Shown one piece after another: positions 24,043 to 34,435 of a stretch of DNA of 44,454 bases (position 1 is the stretch's first letter; each line of letters opens with the position of its first letter). The position numbers and the translations under genes were made by a program. Under the pieces are notes generated by a model. That model was given only the letters and a program-made list of their open reading frames with translations. It ran no database searches and had not been told where the DNA came from. Source of the DNA: Octopus bimaculoides (lineage: Eukaryota); NCBI RefSeq assembly GCF_001194135.2, contig NC_068989.1, positions 3,087,315-3,131,768 of the forward strand. The letters run 5' to 3'.

Positions 24043-24250
24043 GTAAGTTGTTTTGAAGGTTCAACATGAAAAGAAAGCTGTGTGCTACTTGAGATGAACA
24101 TTTGAAATATAGAAACCTTCCATCTTTTATTGGTTTGTGTTTTGGTTTGTGTTATCCATCATGCTAAACATTCAAGCTTCAAAGCTGAATGTTTTTCGCA
24201 TTCTGTTGAGTCATTGTGTAGGTACCGACAGAGTCCAGACTGAGACAAGG

Positions 24251-24278
24251 TTAACCCTTTAGCATTTAAACTAGCCAT
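24251..24278 (+). mobile_element. Possible piggyBac-type MITE end fragment (TTAA|CCCTTTAGCATT)
   Basis: TTAA followed by CCC is the piggyBac terminal signature; no partner end found in the window. Confidence 0.25.
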
Positions 24279-24396
24279 TGGATTTAGATTTGGATTGCTC
24301 GTGTTCAGTCCATTGCAAGACAAAGACCTCAACATGTTCTCTCTACCAGCCACAGTCTGGTGTGGAGGCCATGGATTTAAGCTTGAGATTATTCCT

Positions 24397-24618
24397 TTTG
24401 GTTGGTGCGTAATTATTGTGGGCTCTTTTTCAATAAATTTTATTCAGCAAAAACAATAACAACATTTAACAAAAGCATCTTTAAATGATTATTCCGGGGC
24501 ATATTCACCATCTACTTCAATTTCTGCTTGGCGTTTTGTTTAAATTGGAGTTTTGTTTAAATTTTTTGTTGAATAAAATTTATTGAAAAAAAGCCACAAT
24601 AATTATGCACCAACCAAA
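24397..24618. mobile_element. Mariner-like MITE (222 bp, ~56-bp terminal inverted repeats)
   Basis: Left tttggttggtgcgtaattattgtgggctctttttcaataaattttattc is the near reverse complement of the right end (24563-24618). Terminus resembles mariner TIRs (Hsmar1/MADE1 TTAGGTTGGTGC). TA target duplication not preserved. Confidence 0.8.
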
Positions 24619-25175
24619 CTGTTTGATGAGCCTACCCTTCCACCCTGGCTCTACATGTCTGGGTAGAGGTGTGCAGTTTGTTTTGTACTCTTACCCAGGA
24701 ATGCTTAAGTTGATTATATGAACCTCAGTACACAACTGGTACTTATTTTATTGACCCCGAAAAAATGAAATGCAAAGTTGACCTCAGAGAAATTTGAACT
24801 CAGAATGTAAAGATGGGTGGAATATCACAAAGCATTTCGCCTGGCATGCTAACAACATTTAATGTGCCTTTCCCTTTTCCAAGAGGGCTAGACTGTAATT
24901 TGAATGAGATTTGGCTGTTGTTTCTAGCAGATCAAAAAGCCTTGGAGAAGAGGACTGCTTCATCAAAAGTTCGTCCATCAGGTTATCTAAAGTGGATGCA
25001 GAGAATCGTTGTCCATCTATTGTTATTGATTTTATTAAGTAGTTTCTGTTTGAACTGACTGATCATCACGTATAATTGATCAGTTCTGTACAAATTGATA
25101 ACTAGATCCATTAAACCAGATATGTATTAGATGCTTCAGCTGGGCCGTGGCCTCTACTACACAATATTGTCATTG

Positions 25176-25268
25176 TTTACATTATTTACATTTGATGGAT
25201 ATTTGTCCTCATCTTGTTTGTTGTTAACACATTTCGGCCGATGTACTCTCCAGCCTTTATCAGGTGTC
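25176..25268 (-). mobile_element. 3' fragment of family H SINE with degenerate hammerhead motif
   Basis: Reverse complement gacacCTGATAAAGGCTGgagagtacatCGGCCGAAATGTGTT; matches 179-270 and 33270-33370. Confidence 0.8.
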
Positions 25269-25269
25269 C

Positions 25270-25568
25270 TGGTGCTTTTGTTATCATACCTAATACTATG
25301 ATAGGAATTGTTCCTGCTTTTAGGCTCCACATTCGAGTTATCTCTATTTCCAGATATTTATATTTTGCAAGTTGCTCCATTTCTTTTAGAGAAATGTTGT
25401 CATATGTTGGTATTGATACATTGATTAGAAAGCATTTTTTTCTTGGTGATCTCTGACAACTGTATCCAGCCTATTGGCCTTAATTTCTCTATCTGTGTGT
25501 TTTGGTATATCTCAGAGTTTGGTTGCTCTCTCAATTTTTGTGACCTTTTCCGGGGTGTGCCTATACCA
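25270..25568 (-). mobile_element. Degenerate R4/Dong RLE-domain fragment, paralogous to 26414-26927
   Basis: Translates EQLAKYKYLEIEITRMWSL..TIPII; aligns by eye with 26630-26927. Confidence 0.85.
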
Positions 25569-25635
25569 TCTTTTTTCTGTTGTTATTATTATTATCATCA
25601 TCATTATTATTATTATTATCATTATTATTATTGTT

Positions 25636-26340
25636 GTTGCCTTTGCACAGCTTCTAACACTGGAGATGTACTATGGTGTCAGCTGTTCACTACCAGTGAA
25701 TTAAGGTAACACCCCTTATTTTTCGAGCACCTTCCAGAGTGTTCAATCGGTTCCAAGCAGTGCTGTTTTCTGCAAGTGTTCCACCCTTATTGCAGCTCCC
25801 ATTTGTTCCACGTACTTCTCAAGATTTTTGCTCACTGTTCCCAGGGCTCCGACAATTATTGGTACTACTACCACCTTATTCATCGACCACAACTGCTTAA
25901 CCTCCCAAGCTAACTTGTCATGTCTCTCGACTTTTCTTTCTTCCTTATCGCATACCTTGTTGTCAGCTGGGAATGCTATATCTATGATCCAGCATAGTTT
26001 GTTTTCTTTCTCAATTAAGACTATGTCTGACTTCCTATTCTCTATCTCATGGTCGCACTGAATCATAAAATCCCACAGGATCTTTGCATTTCCATTTTCG
26101 ACGATGCCTTCAGGTTTGTGGTCGCACCAATTTTTTGCTCTCTCAAGTCCATACTTGTTGCAAAGTGTCCAATGGACAAGCCTGGCTATATTGTCGTGGT
26201 GTCTCTTATACTCCTTCTGGGCTAGTGGTGTGCATTGGCTGGTAATATTCCATATGGTTTCACCATTTTGTCCACAAATTCTGCACTTATCACTTTCTGA
26301 TGTGTTGTCTATTCTGTATTTTATGTAATTTGTTCTTAAT
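25636..26340 (-). mobile_element. 3' ~700 bp of an R4/Dong-clade non-LTR retrotransposon: zinc knuckle + restriction-like endonuclease + 3' UTR, then (AAT)n tail
   Basis: One open frame from ~26339 to 25743: LRTNYIKYRIDNTSESDKCRICGQNGETIWNITSQC…KYGL…KILWDFMIQCDHEIENRKSDIV…WIIDIAFP…KEERKVERH…VVPIIVGALG…LQKTALLGT. The CCHC His is replaced by Asn and the RPD motif reads KSD, so it is probably inactive. Confidence 0.92.
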
Positions 26341-26372
26341 GTTTATTATTAACATCATCATTATTATTATTA

Positions 26373-26413
<41 letters not shown>

Positions 26414-26416
<3 letters not shown>

Positions 26417-26923
26417 TAGTTTTATTTTTATAACGTGCTTTCACTTCACTACCGAGCGCAGCTCTGTGTGCCTTGGGTATGTGCTGTGGTTTGCTGTGGT
26501 GCTCTTATGTTTACTGTATTGAAAGTGTTTTGCGTAGAATGTGTGCAGTACCCAGTAGTGCAATTTTCTGTATGTTATATATATTTGTAAGTCCTGGTGT
26601 TTTTGTTATGTATTTGTCTGAATATTTTGTTATTATACCTAAGGCACCTACTATGATAGGAATTGTTTCTGTTTATAGATTCCACATTCGAGTTATCTCT
26701 ATTTCCAGGTCTTTGTATTTTGAAAGTTTTTCCATTTCTTTTAGAGAAACGTTGTCATCTGCTGGTATTGAAACATCAATTAGAAGGCATTTTTTTCCTT
26801 CATGATCTTTGACAACTATATCTGGTCTATTTGCCTTAATTTCTCTATCTGTGTGTATTGGCATATCCCAGAGTATGGTTGCTTTCTCGTTTTCTGTGAC
26901 CTTTTCTGGCGTGTGTTTATACC

Positions 26924-26927
<4 letters not shown>
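26414..26927 (-). mobile_element. R4/Dong RLE fragment with 3' UTR, flanked by (AAT)n on both sides
   Basis: HTPEKVTENEKATILWDMPIHTDREIKANRPDIVV…LLIDVSIP…KEMEKLSKYKDL…MWNL*TETIPIIVGALG…QKIALLGTAHILRKTL*; PD-(D/E)xK-type motif, one in-frame stop. Confidence 0.92.
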
Positions 26928-27008
<81 letters not shown>

Positions 27009-27204
27009 GAAAGCCTCTCGGATAATTCTTAATTACCGGTTATTCATTGCTTGAAAGCAGGCAATAACAAATCACCAAAGGTTTCAAGTAGTGCCTTCTC
27101 CTGTGACCCAAAGAGACAATACTCTCCTTAGATGCATGCTGTGCCCAACAATTCCGTCTTCTGGATCACCTCGTACCTTATTATTATTATTATTGTTATT
27201 ATCG

Positions 27205-27417
27205 TTAAGTGAGCTGGCAGAATCGTTAGCATGCTGAGCAAAATGCTTAGCAACATTTTATCCATCTTCACTTTCTGAGTTCAAATTCTTAGAAGGTCGA
27301 CTTTGCCTTTCATCCTTTTGGGGGCTGACAAATTAAGTACCAGTTGAGTACTGGGGTCAATGCAATTGATTTACCCTATCCCCGAAATTGCTGGCCTTAT
27401 GTCAAAATTTGAGACCA

Positions 27418-27425
<8 letters not shown>
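27205..27425 (+). mobile_element. SINE family D, plus copy with (ATT)n tail
   Basis: gagctggcagaatcgttagc…gagttcaaattc…gtcgactttgcctttcatcc; reverse complement of the 12215-12420 and 20700-20875 copies. Confidence 0.8.
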
Positions 27426-27452
<27 letters not shown>

Positions 27453-27900
27453 GTTTTTATTATTATCTATCTTCAGATCACTTGTGATAAAACAGACCTG
27501 TAATGAAATGTATCCCAGCTTTGGCCAAACTGCTTTTCACAAGTATATCTTGGATAACATCATCTAACAATGCCTCATCCTACTTCTTTTTTAAAGAATA
27601 GTAAGGTGTGGTTCAAGGAGGTGTGATTGACTGCTATTTCATGCAGGTAAAGAGACCACGTGCACGTTCCCTCAATGTTTTCGTTGTTGTCAGTCATAGG
27701 CAGAGATTTATCTCCCCTTGGGTCAATGCCAAGAAACCGAATCCAAGCAATAACTTAAAAGGTTTGTCTGAAAGGTTTTCATATTTAAATGTTAATCTTG
27801 TTATCTGAAACCTATTCTTCTTATAACAAATCTATTGACTAAATTAACATATAAAACTAATCTATCAGAGTCACTGGGCCACTCTAGAAATAGTTACATA

Positions 27901-27914
27901 GTTACCATAGCAAC
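27901..27914. promoter_or_regulatory. RFX X-box motif GTTACCATAGCAAC
   Basis: Exact fit to the GTTRCCATRGYAAC consensus in non-repetitive sequence; an X-box-like partial site (gtgcttagtaac) follows at 27920-27931. Confidence 0.45.
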
Positions 27915-28648
27915 AGAGCGTGCTTAGTAACATTGTTAAATGACTAATAACTATATTGTTGGGATATACGGTACGGTACAGTTGTGAATTTTATTTACTA
28001 TACCAGAAAATCAGAGTTATTGATTTTGTTCTGACTAGTTTTCAACTAATTACACAGCAAAATGAGGACTTAGTATGATGCTGCATAACAAAATGTGATG
28101 TGATTTGATGCGATTCTAACCAAAATCTTCAGATTCAATTTTGGATGCTTATTAATATAAGAATTCTATATTCGGAAATGGATCACAGCACACAAGACAT
28201 AAAACTGGCATTCAGATGGTTGCAATGGTGAGGGTTCTAGTTGATCCGATCAATGGAACAGTCTGCTTGTGAAATTAATGTGGAAGCGGCTGAGCACTCC
28301 ACAGACACATGTATCCACAGACATGTGTAGTTCTCTGGGAGATTCAACCTGACACAAAAAGCCACAAGGCTGGTCTTTTCAATTACAGGCACAACTCATT
28401 TTTGCCAGCTGAGAGAACATGAAAAGAAAACTAACGTGAGTTATTAAAGTTGCTGTTCTTAAGCCTCAGGTGAACCCTGATTGAGCAAGTCTTCAATCAA
28501 AGACACTACAGTTATGACCACCCCCTACTAAAACTATATAATCCAATGTGTGCTTTTCTTTTATTTAAGACAGTAAGATGTGGTTTGAGGAAGATTTGGC
28601 TGCTATATCTAGCAGAGTGAGTGACCACAAAGAGGCATTCTCACAGGG

Positions 28649-28718
28649 TACCTTATATTTTGAAGGGGTACCTTTTCATCTGGTTAGATGAAAGGGTACC
28701 CCTTCAAAATATAGGGTA
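28649..28718 (+). other. 70-nt near-perfect palindrome / hairpin (33-bp stem, 4-nt loop)
   Basis: Arms 28649-28681 and 28686-28718 pair completely on the + strand (31 Watson-Crick + 2 G:U); loop GGTT. Confidence 0.95.
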
Positions 28719-29208
28719 GGATGATTGCTGCCCGCTGAAGACAGAGCATTTTAACCCCAAGAACAAGCAGTTTGGAACCTTGTCACGACAACTCAACCTC
28801 TACAAACCAACAATGACCTCTTATGTAGTCTTTCACTCTGCTAGAAACAACAGCCAAATCCCTTGCATCCTTTAACGTCTTCTTCAAGAAATACCAACCA
28901 AATCTTCTTAACCACACAGCTATGTCTGTGCATACAGTATACATGTCCATGCAAGATAAAGTAGCAAATAATCTGAGCAGTGTTTCAAACAGAATTATCA
29001 ACTTGTTGAGTGTTGACAGGCTGTTATCGTATTCATTTATTTTATATCAGAGTTTGTAAACATTAGCTTCATTGTCTACAAGTTTCCAATGGATCAACCA
29101 TGGGTTCGTTACATTTGTGACGGTGGGGAGAGTAACAAGGAAGCATGTGTAACGAAGAAGAATTCTTTCAAAACCATTTTGACACAGAAGTACATGTAAA
29201 CGGCACAC

Positions 29209-29389
29209 GTGAATTGTAGCTGTGGTCGCTACCAGTGCCATATAAGTGGCACCTGTGAATCATGGTCGCTACCAGTGCCATATAAGTGGCACTCGTGAAT
29301 CATGGTCGCTGCCAGTGCCATATAAGTGGCACCTGTGAATCATGGTCGCTACCAGTGCCATATAAGTGGCACCTGTGAATTGTAGCTGT
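29209..29389. repeat. 40-bp tandem repeat x4 (ggtcgctaccagtgccatataagtggcacctgtgaatcat), each unit with a gtgcca-N6-tggcac stem-loop
   Basis: Units start at 29224, 29264, 29304 and 29344. The array is bracketed by gtgaattgtagctgt (29209-29223, 29375-29389). Confidence 0.95.
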
Positions 29390-30924
29390 AGTAGTTGTTG
29401 GTGCCATGTAAATGCCCCCCCCCCCCCATGCTGGTGGCACGTGAAAGCACCCAACACACTCCTGGAGTGGTTAGGGTTATGAAGGGCATGTTAACAATTC
29501 TGTGTTGTTTAGTATTTCATTCACATTCCAGGATGGTTAACTGTACCCTGTATAATAATAACTCCCTTTCCTCACAGTTCATATAACCCTTACGAAATAG
29601 GGAGTGAATTTTCTGAGGAGCTGCTAATCCTGCTGATCAGCCATTCTGACATATCTCTTTCACGCTCTCTCTTACGAATGGTCAAGCAATTCCTTCTGTT
29701 TGTCTCACAGCTATTTTATTCATCCAAGTTATCCTCATAGGCATGGCTGTAGGGTTAAGAAGTTTGCTTCCCAGTCACAAGGCTTCAGGTTCAATTCCAC
29801 TGCATGGTACCTTGGGTAAGTGTCTTCATCCAAGGCCCCAGACCAACCAGTCTCTTGTCAGTATATTTGACATGGGGAAACTGAAAGAAACTCATCATGT
29901 GTGCATGTGTGTGTGCGGGTCTGTGTGTGTATGTGTATGTAAGTGTGCTTGTGTATGAGTGTGTGTGTGTGTGCATGTGCTTGTGTGTATGCGTGCATGC
30001 GTGTGTGTCTCCCCCATGTTTTGACATCTAAAGATGTTTATAAACGAGTGTTACCATTGCCCAAATCATGTCCTTTCTAATATCCTTAGCAACCATGTCT
30101 GGCCTTGAGGGAATATCACCTGGTTTGGAAACAGGTGAGGGTTGGTGACAGGAAGAGCATCCAGATGTAGAAAATCTACCCCGGCTAACTCCTTCTGACC
30201 CACACAAGCATGAAAAAGTTGACATTAAAACAATAATGGTGATCATGATCATGATCACAATGATGGTGATGATGGCGAGGAGGAGGCTGATGATGATGAT
30301 GATGATGTTGATGATGATGATGATGATGATGTTGATGATGTTGATGATGATGATGATGATGATGTTGATGATGATGATGATGATGATGATGATGACATTC
30401 ATAAATGTTAGGAGTAAGCTGTATGAATGAGTACTCAACGCTGAGGGAGTGGATAAACAATTCTTTTTAATATAACTTATGCTAAATTTCTTGAACCTAA
30501 GGTTTCCTGATGATGGAGTCTCATCAACTGTAAGGACAAAGTTTCAAACGTGATTTTAATTCTAATAAAAAAATTGCTGCTTTCATCAGGAAATCACAAA
30601 TTCTTGAAATCTAAGTTTAATTCTATTAAAACGAACACACACCCACATGCACAAAGAATGATATTCATAACAATAGCTACATACGGGTACACAAACTTAC
30701 AAAAAGACACCCACATACATACATTTATTTCTTTTCTCCCACACACACAGAGGCACTTGCTCACGTTTATATAACACATTTCTGTTGAGAATCCACCATT
30801 CAAAACAGGTAAATAGTTACATAATAGCCATTTTGTTTCTTTTTTTTTCTTCTTCTTCTTCATAAGAATAATCCCAAACAGCAAAGATTTGCTGCATTCG
30901 GAATATGAAGTAGCATAAATATGG

Positions 30925-31035
30925 AGATGGAGGTGGAGGAGGAGGAGGAGGAGGAGGTGAAGGAAGAGAAGAAGAAGAAGAAGAAGAAGAAGAAGAAGAA
31001 GAAGAAGAAGAAGAAGAAGAAGAAAGAAAGAAGAA
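30925..31035. repeat. (GGA)n(GAA)n polypurine tract
   Basis: Directly visible. Confidence 0.95.
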
Positions 31036-31874
31036 GTGATTTAAGTATGTCATAATCATGTTATAATTTGCTGGCAATCTGTAAAGTGGAAGGAATATGG
31101 AAATATTTGCAATTATCTTGTTAATCCTGATAGTTTGATGCACGGTTCCTATTAATATCAACTGCCTCAGACTTTCTTGCCCTTAACAATTATCATTCCA
31201 CTGCCACTGGAATGTATGTAACCTTAGGGAAAAAAACCTGAATTCAGTCTTCGAGCAGAGACAGTGTTTAAGTTATGGGGGGAAGGGCGGTGGTGGTGGT
31301 GGAAGGGAATCTTGGCCACTAAAGTAAGGAAATAACCAAACCTCATCATCTTTTAATGAATTTTTTCCATGCTGGCATGGGTTGGACAGCTTGACAGTAG
31401 CTAGCAAGCCAGAGGGCTGCACCAGGCTCCAGTCGTCTGTCTTGGCTTACATTCTATGGCTGGATACCCTTCCTAACACTAACTATTCTACAGAGTGAAC
31501 TGGGTGCTTTCTACTTGCTACCAGCACAGATGCTTTTTATGTGGCACAGGTACAAGTGCTCTTTACGTGGCACTGGCACAGGTACTTTATACATGGCGCC
31601 AGCATGGGAAAAAAACTTGTGGTGAGTTATTTCTGCACTTATAATTTGGTTAATCAGAATTTAAATAAATTTAAAAAATAGTAAGGCAAAAAAAAAAGAG
31701 GAAAAAAAAATGGTAGTTTCTTTTTTTTTTCTTTTAGAAATTCAATTTGTAATACATTGAGAAAAATCAAATTCAATCACAGAATGGGAATTAATTCGGT
31801 TCTGACAGAATAACACAATAGTCTTTGTTGGTTCCAAAACTCAGAATCGCTAAATTATTTTCTACGTATTCTAG

Positions 31875-31999
31875 GATATTGCTGTATCATTGGGAATCAT
31901 GTTTTTTTCCCCCAGACAGAATTAAGTTTCTGTTGCTATAAAAATCGATCTTGTGCATTTGATGAGAATGAGAATCTGGAAGAAACTAGTAACGGCTAA
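31875..31999 (+). CDS. Candidate terminal coding exon (phase 1: YCCIIGNHVFFPQTELSFCCYKNRSCAFDENENLEETSNG*)
   Basis: Branch-like gctaa, tract ttatttttctacgtattctag, and a second in-frame acceptor at 31914-31915. No homology recognised. Confidence 0.2.
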
Positions 32000-33267
32000 G
32001 TTCCATTGTTTAGGTTCAACAATTCAACCAGACTTTCTGCAAAAAAAAACTACCAAAAAAACAAAACAGGCAAACAAATAAAAAACAATGAAGAATTATT
32101 ATGAATTATATTTATTTTTATCGGCTTTTCAGATGTTTCTCATTGTTTTTAACTTGGAGTTTGTATTTCATTTTGTTTTAAATCTGTTACACTTATAGTA
32201 ATAACGAAAGTAAACAACAACAACAACAAAGAATAAAAGAAAAAAAATCTTGACCATCGGAAAAAAGAATGTAGCATGAAATTCCAAAATTCCTCTAGAG
32301 TTGAGCTATTGACACTAAGCGCCAAAACAGCCTTATTTGAGCAGACCTAATCACAAAGACATTACAACCATGACCATCCAATACTAAGACTAAATAATTC
32401 TTTTTAATTCTTTTCTACTCTAAGCACACGGTTCGAAATTTTGGGGAAGTGGGGTCAGTCAATTAGATCAACCCCAATACGCAGTAAGGGTGGGGGGGGG
32501 GAGACCACCCAGGGTAACTGAGAGCAAACCTCACACAAAGTTCTGAAGTCCCCTACTGTTTATCAAAAGCCCCCTGATCCAGGTTCTTGTCCCCTGTTTC
32601 CAATCACATAAATCAGAATAGACCCAGTTAGCATTGTTAATCTCCCCTTTCTTTCTCCATCTTTCATAGAACACACTGGAGGGCAGCACCTGTCTCTAAA
32701 ACCCTCGCCCTCTTCATAAATAATAAGAATAATGAAGGAAATATTGTTTCGGTGCAAAGATGAATATAAATGAATGTTGGGGTGAGGGGTGGGGTTGGGG
32801 GGAAGAAAAAACAAGAATTGTTGTTTAGATTGGAATCAGAGTCTGGCAGTGGAAATGGGCGGAGCAAAATGAAAATTATCAATTTTGTGGTATTAAAGAT
32901 TTGCTGATTGTCTGCTTTGAATGGTAACAAGAGAGAAGCAGCAGTATTTTCACTATCATCATCATCATCCTTTGTTGCCCCTTTCATCATTATCAAGCTC
33001 CGGCACAAACATCATTATCATCACAAGTTATGATCACCAGCTATTTTTAGTTATCACCATCATCATCACCATCATCGTCATCATTCCCACAAACATCTTC
33101 ACTCTCACCACAAATCTTCATTGACACAAACAATCGCAATCGATTCATTGACAAAATTTAAAGTCCTCCTCCTCCTCCTCATCATCATCATCATCCCCAC
33201 CCACCACCACTACCATTGCTCTCATCAATGCAATGTTCCATTGATCGGATCGACTGGAATACTTGTT

Positions 33268-33562
33268 TACATTATTTACATTATTTACATTTGACGGATA
33301 TTTGTCCTCATCTTGTTTGTTGTTAACATAACGTTTCGGCTGATATACCCTCCAGCCTCTATCAGGTATCTTGGGGAAATTTCAAACCTGGGTTCTCATT
33401 CCTAAGGTATTTTATCAATGTTATTATTATTATTATTATTATTATTCAGAGATTTAACATTGATTATTATTATTATTATTATTTTTCAGGTCACTGCTTG
33501 GAATCGAACTTGGAATCTTGGGGCTAGTAGCCCGCGCTCTTAACCACGACGCCATATGCCCG
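33268..33562 (-). mobile_element. Full-length family H SINE: tRNA-like head + (AAT)n + hammerhead-like domain + (TGTAAATAA)n tail
   Basis: Head gggcatatggcgtcgtggttaagagcgcgggctactagccccaagattccaagttcgattcc has A/B boxes. Flanked by the direct repeat tggaatacttgtt at 33255-33267 and 33563-33575. Confidence 0.88.
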
Positions 33563-34149
33563 TGGAATACTTGTTGCCATAACCAATGGAGATCATGAAA
33601 TATATTTTCCAATGCATCCTTCCATTTTTTATAAAAACCATAATTCGATTTTAGGCAGATTCAGTTATTTGATTTGACCTTTACATGTATCTCCATTGGC
33701 GTGTAATTTGATGGAAAATTCATCTGCTATTTCTAGCATGTAAAGCAATCCTTATAAAGATTTGAGGGTGGTTTGGGAGCTATTTGTAGCATGTCGGGAA
33801 ACATCCTAGAAATAGCTCTCTCATCTTGGCAACTATAATAGTTATCGCTGGCTTTTATAAATTATACTAAAAGGCAATAGTAATTATAGATTTCTATAAT
33901 AGTTACGATTAGTAGCTTAATATATTTATTTGTGGCTATAAATATGTTTGCGGTGAATTACTTCAGATGGATGCAGAACAATTTGCCATTTGTTTCTATT
34001 CTTTAGCATTCTGGTTTGTGTTGGCTCAACTCTTTCTTCTTCTATTTAAATAACAGAATAGGAAATGGGACATGCTGGTCGGATTTAGCCGTTTTGCATC
34101 AAACTTATTTCCATCAATTATCTCCACCTGCTAATCCTGCTTAATCACT

Positions 34150-34243
34150 CCTCATCATTCATCAGCATCATCGTCGTCATCGTCATTGTCGTCATCATCA
34201 TCATCACACTTATCACCATCATCATCAATATTGNNNNNNNNNN

Positions 34244-34332
<89 letters not shown>

Positions 34333-34400
34333 ATCTTCAGCAGCCAAATTATCATCATCGTCATCTTCATTCTCATGCTTTTGAGTCTCTATCTTGATTA

Positions 34401-34435
<35 letters not shown>

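Noticed and set aside
28725-28790. Hammerhead-like CTGAAGA motif beside the hairpin; similar CTGAAGA at ~39005 and CTGATGA at ~30508
   Set aside because: No properly placed GAAA box with closed stems II and I; at most heavily decayed relics.
29209-29389. CRISPR-like array (palindromic ~40-bp repeats)
   Set aside because: No unique spacers, no cas genes, animal repeat context.
32779-32802. Canonical G-quadruplex motifs (also 6349-6369)
   Set aside because: Common in low-complexity tracts; no contextual evidence of function.
33487-33562. tRNA genes here and at 7429, 13315, 35750 and 38840
   Set aside because: Only A/B-box heads; I could not fold a complete cloverleaf, and each continues into a SINE body.
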